This document shows, piece after piece, positions 9,994 through 18,182 of a DNA stretch of 64,000 nt (position 1 is its first letter; every line of letters begins with the position of its first letter). The position numbers and the translations under genes are program-made. A model generated the notes under the pieces. The model was not told where the DNA came from. It saw only the letters and a program-made list of their open reading frames with translations, and searched no databases. The stretch comes from an uncultured Gammaproteobacteria bacterium (GTDB lineage Bacteria > Patescibacteriota > Patescibacteriia > UBA11705 > JABHMO01), in NCBI GenBank assembly GCA_964486065.1, contig CAZAKN010000001.1, positions 80,657-144,656 of the forward strand, written 5' to 3'.

Positions 9994-11172
9994 TTATTTT
10001 TTTAAAATTTCAATTCCGGGCATGGCGCGTCCCTCTAGAAAATACAACATCGCTCCACCGCCGGTTGAAACGAAATTAAATTTTCGCAAAGCTCCGGCTT
10101 TTCGTAAAGTAAAAACAGTTTCTCCGCCACCAGCGATTTTTTTTAAAGTTTTTTGAGTTGCCATGGCCTTGGCGATTTGTAAACTTCCTTTCCTGAATCG
10201 TGGCAAGTCTACCAACCCAAGCGGTCCCGACCATATGGCGAATTTTGTTTTTTTTAGAACTTCAATATATTGTCGCGTCGCGCGCGGACCGATATCAAGA
10301 ATTTGTTCTCCTTCGTGGCAAATTAGCTTATCAGACAAATCGGGCAAAAAAACTCGTCTAGTTTTCCTTTTTGTTTTAACATCCGCCACGATAACTTCAT
10401 TCGGTAAAATAATTTTTTTTGTTTTTAATAATTTCGTGGCTTCAATTATCATTTTCTCATCCCCGCAAATTGAATCTCCTATATCATATCCTCGCGCTTT
10501 CAAAAATGTATTGGCTGCGCCACCTCCGGTTAAAATATAGTCGTAACGACCGAGCAGTTTTTTAATAACAGAAAATTTGGATTCTATCTTAGCGCCACCG
10601 ATAATAGCCACTCCGGGACGCGGTGGCTTCAATGCCATACCCAGATTATCTATCTCATTTTGAAAATTCAAGCCCAAGTATGACGGCAGAATACGCGCCA
10701 CACCAACATTGGAAGCGTGCTCTCTGTGCGAGCCGGCGAAAGCTTCATTCACATAAACATCCGCCAAGGAAGCCAAAAACTCCACGAACTTTTTACTATT
10801 CTCCTTCTCCCCTTTATTAAAACGAATATTCTCCAAAAAAGTAATCGGCTTTTTGTTTTCGCAAATTTCACGCGACAATCGGTTGTTTATTTTATGGTCA
10901 ATGAATTTTACTTTATCACCGGATAAAAGCCGATTTAAATAACGCACCAAAGGTTTAACCGATAAATCCTTCTTATATCGTCCAGACGGTCGCCCCAAAT
11001 GCGTAATCATGATCAAAGTATTATTTTGTCGCAAAAGTAATCTAATCGTTGGCAAGCTTTGTCTTATTTTAAAATCATCAAGGATTTTTCTTCCCGACAT
11101 TGGAACATTGTAATCAACTCTCAGCAATACTCGTTTGTTTTTAATGCTTGCCAATTCACTTTTAATACTCAA
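9994..11172 (-). CDS. pgk: Phosphoglycerate kinase
   Basis: 392 aa; N-terminal RVDYNVP and C-terminal STGGGA PGK motifs; sits in gpmI-eno-pgk glycolytic cluster. Confidence 0.85.
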   Translation of the reverse strand: MSIKSELASIKNKRVLLRVDYNVPMSGRKILDDFKIRQSLPTIRLLLRQNNTLIMITHLGRPSGRYKKDLSVKPLVRYLNRLLSGDKVKFIDHKINNRLSREICENKKPITFLENIRFNKGEKENSKKFVEFLASLADVYVNEAFAGSHREHASNVGVARILPSYLGLNFQNEIDNLGMALKPPRPGVAIIGGAKIESKFSVIKKLLGRYDYILTGGGAANTFLKARGYDIGDSICGDEKMIIEATKLLKTKKIILPNEVIVADVKTKRKTRRVFLPDLSDKLICHEGEQILDIGPRATRQYIEVLKKTKFAIWSGPLGLVDLPRFRKGSLQIAKAMATQKTLKKIAGGGETVFTLRKAGALRKFNFVSTGGGAMLYFLEGRAMPGIEILKK

Positions 11173-11262
11173 AACCTTTAATATTTATGTAAGAATTATA
11201 GCAAATTTTTTGTTAAATTTAAAAAAATTTGTGCATAAACAATGCAAATTATCAACTTTCCG

Positions 11263-12480
11263 TCAATATTTAAATCCGCCCACTTTTTTGCGTAATCTTG
11301 AGTATTTTGCCAATGCACCGGGGCGCACGGTCAATTCACCGTAACGATCATTGATTTTATCCAAATGCTTGATTAACTCATCATATTTTTGCTCGGACTT
11401 AAATAAACAAGCTTGAGAAGTCGCTTGTTGCAAATTACCCGCGTAAACTCCGATCTGTCTAACTGAATTCCGAAATTTTAAACCGGACAAAATTGATTTA
11501 GCGCTTTTAAATATTTTCAATTCATTATTCATCGGGAATTTAAAAGTGATTCTTTCGGAAAATCCGCTAAAATCAGCGTAACGAAAATGAAACACAAAAG
11601 TTCGCGCCGCTAATTTATCACCACGCAAAGTCCTGCAAACATTTATGCATAAATGTTGCAAAACCGGCAGAACATCTTGTTTGTTCCAAGTATTTTTATC
11701 CAAAGTATAAGCGCGACTGACGGATTTACGGATTTCACGATTGGAATCCGGTTTGACCGGAGCATGATCAATCCCGCGACTCATATTGTAAAGATTTTGT
11801 CCTTGTACTTTTCCAAACTCGGCAATCAAAGCGAGCAAAGGATAATTTCGCAATTTTCGCACCGAAAATATGCCCATGTTTTCCAATCGCTTGGCAATCC
11901 GTGTCCCTATACCGCAAAAATCAGTTAAACGGGCATGAAAAAGATAATCATCGCGATTTTTGCGATTGATAATGGTTATACCGTCAGGTTTATCAATTTC
12001 CGAAGCTAATTTCGCCAAAAATTTATTATATGATATTCCAATTGAGCAAGTAATGGTTTCACCAAGCCGAATTTTTAAATCCTTTTTAATTTGCGAACAA
12101 ATATTCTTGGCTTCCGAATAATCGGAAGCGTAACCGGTTAAATCAAGAAATACTTCATCAATACTGAAAATTTCCACAACTTCGGAATATGATTTAAAAA
12201 CTTGAATAAATTCATTGGTTATAAATTGATATTTGTCACCATCACATTCCACGAAAATTAAATCCGAACAAAATTTCTTCGCTTCAAATTGACTCATGGC
12301 GGTTTTAACTCCTTTTGCTTTGGCCTCTTTTGAAGCGGCGGCCACGACCGCGCGACTCCCCTCCTTGCCTCCGACCGCAACGGGCTTACCAATTAAAAAA
12401 GGATTAGCTTGTTGCTCCACAGACGCGAAATATGAATCCATGTCTATATGCAAGATAATCCTTTTGCTGTTATTCACCAT
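11263..12480 (-). CDS. dinB: DNA polymerase IV (Y-family, DinB)
   Basis: 405 aa; N-terminal ILHIDMDSYFASVEQ catalytic motif of Y-family polymerases; downstream of lexA. Confidence 0.85.
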   Translation of the reverse strand: MVNNSKRIILHIDMDSYFASVEQQANPFLIGKPVAVGGKEGSRAVVAAASKEAKAKGVKTAMSQFEAKKFCSDLIFVECDGDKYQFITNEFIQVFKSYSEVVEIFSIDEVFLDLTGYASDYSEAKNICSQIKKDLKIRLGETITCSIGISYNKFLAKLASEIDKPDGITIINRKNRDDYLFHARLTDFCGIGTRIAKRLENMGIFSVRKLRNYPLLALIAEFGKVQGQNLYNMSRGIDHAPVKPDSNREIRKSVSRAYTLDKNTWNKQDVLPVLQHLCINVCRTLRGDKLAARTFVFHFRYADFSGFSERITFKFPMNNELKIFKSAKSILSGLKFRNSVRQIGVYAGNLQQATSQACLFKSEQKYDELIKHLDKINDRYGELTVRPGALAKYSRLRKKVGGFKY

Positions 12481-12718
12481 AATAAACTTCTTCTAAAATC
12501 CATTGATTATTCCCCGTATTATAGCGTAATTTGAAGTAATTTTCCGCGCTTTGCACGCTGAAAAAATATTGTTTATCTCTTCCCATGTAAAGTGAATGGA
12601 TCATGTTAATCCTTTGTATTGAATACTTATGATTATGCCATACGAAAAATAGAGGTTTAACTCTATTTTTCATAAATAACACCATAACATCCACTTTTTC
12701 ATTAACTTGCTCAAACAT
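12470..12718 (-). CDS. Small hypothetical protein translationally coupled to dinB
   Basis: 82-aa ORF overlapping the dinB start by 11 nt; no recognisable motif; could be a polymerase accessory factor (inference). Confidence 0.35.
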   Translation of the reverse strand: MFEQVNEKVDVMVLFMKNRVKPLFFVWHNHKYSIQRINMIHSLYMGRDKQYFFSVQSAENYFKLRYNTGNNQWILEEVYYGE

Positions 12719-12938
12719 ATTAATTAAGTTTAATCATGCCGAGAAAAAACCTTTACTTGGCTAGCTCCATTAAATATTTAAGGATTTTGAGCTTGATTTG
12801 TTCGTTTGTCATATGTGATTTGCTTTTTAACTTTTTGTTTAAACATTATTGGTTAAATCTTCCCAAAAATATTTTACGCTTCTATAAGCGGCTTTCATTT
12901 TTCTTTTGTTTAAATTAGGCATATTTTTTAAGTGTGGC

Positions 12939-12983
12939 GGGGAGAAATACATGGATTACAACCCCCATCATGTATTTCTCCCC
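12939..12983. repeat. Perfect 15-bp inverted repeat (GGGGAGAAATACATG / CATGTATTTCTCCCC) with 15-nt loop; possible terminator/regulatory hairpin downstream of lexA
   Basis: Read directly from sequence; T-rich run follows on + strand. Confidence 0.5.
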
Positions 12984-13008
12984 AATTTGTTTGTTAATTA
13001 TCTTTTAT

Positions 13009-13614
13009 TTATGAAAATTTTCTTATTACTCCTTTTACCACGCCTTGGATTTGAACATCCTGCGCGTAAATCGGTTCCATGGATGAATTAGCGGGCTGTA
13101 ATCTAATTCTGTTTTTTTCGCGATAAAATCGTTTTAAAGTCGCGTTTTCTCCGTCAATCAAAGCCACAACTATCTCACCATCTCTTGCCGTATTCTTTTT
13201 TTCAACGATTACATAATCACCGCTTAAAATTCCTTCTTCAATCATGGAATCTCCTTTAACTTTCAGCACAAACGAATTTTCATCTTGAACAAATGTTTCC
13301 GGAACGGACATGGTTTCTTTTTCTTCCACCGCTTCAATCGGTGCTCCCGCGGTGATCAATCCGGCCAAAGGCAATTCAAATCCGCGAACTCGTGCCATAA
13401 ATTGATCTTCCAATCTGTTTCGCGTAATAATCTCTCCCTCTTCATCCATGTAGCCCTTTTGCCTCAGTGCTTGGAGATGCTGATGGACCGTTGCGGGCGA
13501 GGACAATCCCACTCCTTCAGCAATCTCCCGGCAACTGGGCGAATAATCATTTTCTCTTATAAAATTAGTTATGAATTTCAATACTTCACTTTGTCTTCTG
13601 GTTAATGTTTGCAT
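13009..13614 (-). CDS. lexA: LexA repressor
   Basis: 201 aa; N-terminal wHTH, C-terminal S24 peptidase domain with Ala-Gly cleavage site (LAGLITAGAPIEA) and Ser/Lys dyad region (VKGDSMIE...K). Confidence 0.85.
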   Translation of the reverse strand: MQTLTRRQSEVLKFITNFIRENDYSPSCREIAEGVGLSSPATVHQHLQALRQKGYMDEEGEIITRNRLEDQFMARVRGFELPLAGLITAGAPIEAVEEKETMSVPETFVQDENSFVLKVKGDSMIEEGILSGDYVIVEKKNTARDGEIVVALIDGENATLKRFYREKNRIRLQPANSSMEPIYAQDVQIQGVVKGVIRKFS

Positions 13615-13664
13615 ATTTTTTTATTAAACAAATTATGATCAGAATTTCACCGTTTTTCACCACT

Positions 13665-13710
13665 GTTCGGTTTCTGTTCGTAATTTAACTATACCGAACA
13701 AAAAACGAAC
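13665..13710. promoter_or_regulatory. Two candidate LexA operators of GTTC-N7-GTTC type in inverted orientation (GTTCggtttctGTTC at 13665-13679; GAACaaaaaacGAAC at 13696-13710)
   Basis: Seen in sequence 50-95 nt upstream of lexA start, in the lexA/13841 divergent intergenic region; GTTC-N7-GTTC direct repeat is the established alphaproteobacterial-type LexA box. Confidence 0.45.
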
Positions 13711-13840
13711 AGTCAAGCCCCACGCATGTGGATAAATTCTCTGATTAACCGATTTGTCTAAATTTATTTTAAAATTGTGTATAATTTATCGCCTCAATCC
13801 TCTTGATATGGTATAATTTAACAGATATTATTTATTTTAT

Positions 13841-14890
13841 ATGATTGAGGATAATCAATTTAAACCCAAAAAATCCGAACAGGAAGAACAGCCAAAACAA
13901 ATGCCCGAACTCAAAGTGGCGAGGCCGGCAATCGTTCAACCGGAAACGGAACAATTACCTTATGATTCTCCCTCTCCCGACGATAAAGCGGAAGTGTTGG
14001 AAGATTTTGAGAAAATGTATGAAAATACATTAAAACTTTATCTCGGTTTGACGAAAAACGCCAAAGAGAACATGACTTACGCGCATCGTAAATTCAATGA
14101 ATCAGCGGACAAGAAAAACCGAGCCGAGAAAAAAAAGTATTCTCAAGCTCATCTGCATGCTCATCGTGCCAATCATGCGACCGAAAAAGTTATCAGTAAT
14201 TATGAAAAAGTTCTGTATAGCAAACTTCGCGCTGATGATAAAATTTTCTATTTGGTACAAATTGAAGAATTAAAAAACGAATATCGTTTCAACATGAATG
14301 AATATTTTAATATTTTGAAAACTACGGAAGATTACGAAAAAGACAAGGCGCAAGCTGAACTTCGAGAATTTGATCACCAAATCACTTATGAAGATTTGGA
14401 ACAATTATCCGTAGAACTTCATGATACGGTTTGGGACGCGGCCACTTTCACCAAATATAAATTTGAAAATAAAGAAAAAATGCACAAACTGATGGGCATT
14501 TTAAGCGCTTTAATCAATGAAACCGAAGAATCACATGACCAACTTCAAGATTCATTGGTGGATGCTCATGATATTTATCACGGCAAGGAACAAGTTCGTC
14601 GCAGTTTTAATAATCACATGAGAGCCCATATAAACTTAACGACCACCTCTTATCAAGAAGTAAAAAAAGCGGCCAAAGAGCTATCGGAATATTTCACTTT
14701 ACTCAACATGCCCTTAAATAATTTAACTTCTTGGCTCAATAGATTTCAATATGAGCTTTGGGAACAACCGGAAAAACAAAAGCAAATACAAAAAATTTAT
14801 CACGATAACATCGCCATGTTTAAACAACATCTTAAAAAAACGGAAAAAGCGATTCAAGAAATAAAAGCCATTATTTACACTCACGAATAA
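13841..14890 (+). CDS. Hypothetical Lys/Glu-rich coiled-coil protein, divergent from lexA
   Basis: 349-aa ORF, low complexity charged/helical; no motif recognised. Confidence 0.5.
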   Translation: MIEDNQFKPKKSEQEEQPKQMPELKVARPAIVQPETEQLPYDSPSPDDKAEVLEDFEKMYENTLKLYLGLTKNAKENMTYAHRKFNESADKKNRAEKKKYSQAHLHAHRANHATEKVISNYEKVLYSKLRADDKIFYLVQIEELKNEYRFNMNEYFNILKTTEDYEKDKAQAELREFDHQITYEDLEQLSVELHDTVWDAATFTKYKFENKEKMHKLMGILSALINETEESHDQLQDSLVDAHDIYHGKEQVRRSFNNHMRAHINLTTTSYQEVKKAAKELSEYFTLLNMPLNNLTSWLNRFQYELWEQPEKQKQIQKIYHDNIAMFKQHLKKTEKAIQEIKAIIYTHE

Positions 14891-15001
14891 AAGGGAAAAC
14901 GGCTCAGGCCACCGGGGCCGAGTTTACAAAAAGTTTAATTTCATCCAGTCTTTATAAAGAAATAATATTTCACATACAAACACTGAATACGCGAGGAAAT
15001 C

Positions 15002-15271
15002 ATGAAATCCAAGTCTGAACACTTTGTTGCCGGAGCGATTGTGGGAATCTTGTTGGGAGCGGTTGTCTTAGGTGATGTCGGAGCTGTAATCGGCGGAATT
15101 GTTTTTGGTTTAATTTCAATGTGGATAGAAACCGAAAAGCAAGAAGAATCCAAGCAAACCACATTGGAAAAACGCTATCACTACACTAATTCGCCTCCCC
15201 CAAAAGCAAAGAATAAAGACGAACATATTTGCGAAAAATGCGGAAACCGGCACTGTAAATGCAAAAAATAA
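15002..15271 (+). CDS. Small membrane protein with glycine-zipper TM segment and C-terminal Cys cluster
   Basis: 89 aa; AGAIVGILLGAVVLGDVGAVIGGIVFGLI (GxxxG repeats) then CEKCGNRHCKCKK; followed by strong terminator. Confidence 0.5.
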   Translation: MKSKSEHFVAGAIVGILLGAVVLGDVGAVIGGIVFGLISMWIETEKQEESKQTTLEKRYHYTNSPPPKAKNKDEHICEKCGNRHCKCKK

Positions 15272-15290
15272 GTACTTTTACTTATAATAT

Positions 15291-15316
15291 AAACGCCCGT
15301 TTTTACGGGCGTTTTT
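15291..15316 (+). terminator. Rho-independent terminator (aaaCGCCCGttttttaCGGGCGttttt)
   Basis: GC stem + U-tract read from sequence. Confidence 0.65.
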
Positions 15317-15329
15317 AAATTTTTCGGTT

Positions 15330-15653
15330 GTGGATTATAATATTGACTATGGCTTTTTTATCATATATACTGTTCGCCACAGGGAAAAACTTCAGCAAGG
15401 GAGCGGTAAAATGAGAATAATGGGAATTCTTGTTCAGGATGAGGAGCAAAAGGCTTTTTACGAAGAAATGTTTAAAGAAAAAGGACTTCTTGCGGCAAGC
15501 GTCAGGATCACCGACAAAGGAGATTCAAACAACTTGCCAACCCTACTGACCAGCACGGAATCCGTAATCGGGAAAGAAAGGATCAACCACATTCTCAACA
15601 CTTGGAACAGAAACACACGCACGGGTGAATTCAAAATTTACCCAGGAGCCTAA
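15330..15653 (+). CDS. Hypothetical protein
   Basis: 107-aa ORF ending immediately before a GGAGCCtaacGGCTCC-T8 terminator. Confidence 0.45.
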   Translation: MDYNIDYGFFIIYTVRHREKLQQGSGKMRIMGILVQDEEQKAFYEEMFKEKGLLAASVRITDKGDSNNLPTLLTSTESVIGKERINHILNTWNRNTRTGEFKIYPGA

Positions 15654-15668
15654 CGGCTCCTTTTTTAT
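15645..15668 (+). terminator. Rho-independent terminator (GGAGCC-taac-GGCTCC + T-tract)
   Basis: Seen in sequence. Confidence 0.65.
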
Positions 15669-15774
15669 TACAGCGATTAATTGTTCGCTGAACTCAGAAT
15701 ATACAACACAAATTATAAAATTGATAGATCTAAACGCTAGACTCTAATCTCCAAGCAAACCAAATTTTGGAATA

Positions 15775-15856
15775 CCGAAACAAACAATTTTCAACCTAAA
15801 CCCATTTTCCATCCTGACGAACCAACAAATCTTTGGCTTTATTTTTATCTTTCAAC
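15775..15856. repeat. 82-bp perfect direct repeat, copy A (duplicate of murF 3' end + 22 nt 3' flank)
   Basis: Identical to 18101-18182 by letter-for-letter comparison; contains last 19 codons of murF (LKDKNKAKDLLVRQDGKWV*) as an orphan fragment. Confidence 0.9.
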
Positions 15857-15943
15857 TTCTACTTGAACATTTTCCAAAATGGAACATGTTGTAAATAATT
15901 ATCCAGCTTATTCTCGTCTATAAATTCCATTTCGCAAAACTCT

Positions 15944-16333
15944 TTACTCTTTCTCAGACATGTTTTTAAACTGCTCATAACTACCAATTCCGGCAAAGTT
16001 TATTTCAAAATTAGCATTATCTATTTTATCAATTCTTACTGAGTCAATCCCCAAAATATGCAATCTTTCGTATGTCAAAAGCTCTCCCTCTTTTAACCTC
16101 AAAACATCTCTTAAAATCCATTGTCCAAGCTCTTGATTTGAATATGACATAAGTGCTTTCCCTCCATCTTGGCAGCTTTTAGCTTTCATTTTTTTGCCAT
16201 TTGGAAGTTTTAAATCAAATGACGTTTCCCTGTCAGGAAAAAAACTTGGGAAATTTCTGTGAATTTCCGCTGGAATTGGAATATATACCTCATTAGGGTG
16301 GCGCTCTCTACCACCAGCATTCCATTGATTCAA
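15944..16333 (-). CDS. Hypothetical protein, putative restriction endonuclease component (second cistron)
   Basis: 129-aa ORF whose ATG overlaps the stop of the upstream ORF (ATGA), immediately downstream of m5C-MTase; no motif recognised. Confidence 0.4.
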   Translation of the reverse strand: MNQWNAGGRERHPNEVYIPIPAEIHRNFPSFFPDRETSFDLKLPNGKKMKAKSCQDGGKALMSYSNQELGQWILRDVLRLKEGELLTYERLHILGIDSVRIDKIDNANFEINFAGIGSYEQFKNMSEKE

Positions 16334-17067
16334 ACCGCTTTTTTCAAAAACTGTTTGATTTCGGCCGTAAAGAGGAAGGTAAACTGTTTGCTTAATTTTT
16401 GCTTCTTTCTCAAATTGTAAGTCTGTTTTTTAAGTAATTTTCTTAATTCTAAAAGCGGGTCTTCCAAAATATCAACATTAAACTCATAAACAATCGGCTC
16501 CGTGATAAATCTTTTTGTGAGTGTGCTTTTGGAAACTAAAAAAGAGTAATCATGTTTACAGTCCTCAAAAGCAATAGAGCCTTTTCGTTCTTTAATGTTT
16601 TTGATATTGGCTATATCCACTTTATCCATTGGCTCCTCGAAAATCATAAATTTTCCTTTTTCTCTGATTACGCAATGGTAAATAGATTTTTTCAAAGCGT
16701 GTGCATTTTCCGTAAATTCAATCCTAGCGTTTCTCAACTCAGAAACTTTGATGATCAATTTTTCAGGAGATAGATTTTCATAAATTTTTCTATCATTGTT
16801 AAATTCAGCAACTTTCTGAAAAGTTCTATTATTGTTAGCCAAAAAGGTTTTTAGACCAATTCCCAAAACATCTTTTTTTGCATCTGCCGATACATCACTT
16901 CTTGATAAATCTTCCGCTTCAAAAGCACGACAAAAAATCTTTTCCGCAACTCGATAGTATAAATAAGGAATTTTTGATTCTGAAAAAAGATTAGAAAGAC
17001 AACCTGCAATTCTCAAAAAATGCTCGTATTCTTTTTGAAGATCAGATTTTTGAGTTTGGAAAAACAT
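16330..17067 (-). CDS. Putative type II restriction endonuclease (uncharacterised family)
   Basis: 245-aa ORF 5 nt downstream of the m5C-MTase gene, same strand; function by position only. Confidence 0.4.
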   Translation of the reverse strand: MFFQTQKSDLQKEYEHFLRIAGCLSNLFSESKIPYLYYRVAEKIFCRAFEAEDLSRSDVSADAKKDVLGIGLKTFLANNNRTFQKVAEFNNDRKIYENLSPEKLIIKVSELRNARIEFTENAHALKKSIYHCVIREKGKFMIFEEPMDKVDIANIKNIKERKGSIAFEDCKHDYSFLVSKSTLTKRFITEPIVYEFNVDILEDPLLELRKLLKKQTYNLRKKQKLSKQFTFLFTAEIKQFLKKAV

Positions 17068-17071
17068 ATTT

Positions 17072-18031
17072 TTAGTTAGTTAAAGCTTTTTTCATATTTG
17101 CAGCGATTCTTTGAATAACCGGAATTGAAACAGAATTACCAAATTGTTTGTACAGATGAGAATCTGCAATGTTAGGGAGTTTATAATTCTTTGGAAAACC
17201 TTGGAAATTACCACATTCTCTTGGCGTTAACTTTCTAATTCCTTTTCCGTTTAAAACCAAAGGAACATTATGACCACCCATTCCCATATTTGCCGTTAAA
17301 GTAGGACAAACCTTATTTTTATTCTCTCTAACATATTTTCTTCGCCATTGATAAACAGTGTCTCGTTTTTTGACTTCCTTTTGCAATTCTTGATAAAGCG
17401 GTTTGTCATTGTAATAATATTTATCATCAACTTCATTTTCTTCTAAGCAATCATGAATTGTTTTTGTTAATTTAATCTTTTCTGGAAAAGAAAATTTGTC
17501 ATGAGCTTTTTTGTCTGAAAATCCAACAATATATATTCTCTCTCTATTTTGTGGAAGATTCCCATATTCCATTGTATTTAAAACTTTTACTTTAACAAAA
17601 AAACCAAGTTCTTTTTCTAATTTTTCAATAATAATTTTCATTGTGTTTCCTTTGTCATGTGTTTTGAGGTTTTTTACATTTTCAAGAAGAAAAGCCTTTG
17701 GCTTTTTAGCTTTTAAAATTCGTACAATATCAAAAAACAAATTCCCTCTGTTTTTCTCATCATTAAACCCTTGTTTATATCCCGCAATAGAAAAAGGTTG
17801 ACATGGAAAACCACCACACAAAACATCAAAATCAGGAATTTTTGAAGTCGGTATTTTTTGAATATCGCCAAGTACCATTTGTTTTTCGGTTTCAAATATT
17901 TCAACAAAATTAAAATCAAATGTTGTTTTTGCATTTTCATCAAAATCATTGGAAAACACACATTGAAACCCGGCGTTTTCAAAACCAATTTTTATTCCAC
18001 CTATACCGGCAAATAGATCTATGAATTTCAT
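17072..18031 (-). CDS. DNA (cytosine-5)-methyltransferase
   Basis: 319 aa with canonical m5C-MTase motifs: I (DLFAGIGG), IV (GGFPCQPFS), VI (ENV), VIII (QNRER), X (QFGNSV). Confidence 0.9.
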   Translation of the reverse strand: MKFIDLFAGIGGIKIGFENAGFQCVFSNDFDENAKTTFDFNFVEIFETEKQMVLGDIQKIPTSKIPDFDVLCGGFPCQPFSIAGYKQGFNDEKNRGNLFFDIVRILKAKKPKAFLLENVKNLKTHDKGNTMKIIIEKLEKELGFFVKVKVLNTMEYGNLPQNRERIYIVGFSDKKAHDKFSFPEKIKLTKTIHDCLEENEVDDKYYYNDKPLYQELQKEVKKRDTVYQWRRKYVRENKNKVCPTLTANMGMGGHNVPLVLNGKGIRKLTPRECGNFQGFPKNYKLPNIADSHLYKQFGNSVSIPVIQRIAANMKKALTN

Positions 18032-18100
18032 ATTGTCACTATATTTTTGTTTTAAATAAAAAAGTTTATCTCTACATTATTTCACAAAGATACCACCTCG

Positions 18101-18182
18101 CCGAAACAAACAATTTTCAACCTAAACCCATTTTCCATCCTGACGAACCAACAAATCTTTGGCTTTATTTTTATCTTTCAAC
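18101..18182. repeat. 82-bp perfect direct repeat, copy B (authentic murF 3' end)
   Basis: Identical to 15775-15856; contiguous with murF ORF. Confidence 0.9.

Larger units (their letters stand above)
15857..18100. mobile_element. ~2.2-kb restriction-modification cassette inserted between 82-bp direct repeats
   Basis: Segment bounded by perfect 82-bp direct repeats carries m5C-MTase and two putative REase ORFs; very AT-rich; no integrase/transposase present. Confidence 0.5.

Noticed and set aside
14891-15001. Terminator after the 349-aa gene (…GGCTCAGGCCACCGGGGCCGAG…)
   Set aside because: Proposed stem does not pair cleanly when written out; not reported as a feature.
16330-16333. Possible frameshift joining the 245-aa and 129-aa ORFs into one restriction enzyme gene
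   Set aside because: Junction is a classic ATGA stop/start overlap, with an in-frame ATG for the second ORF. Two coupled cistrons is the simpler reading.
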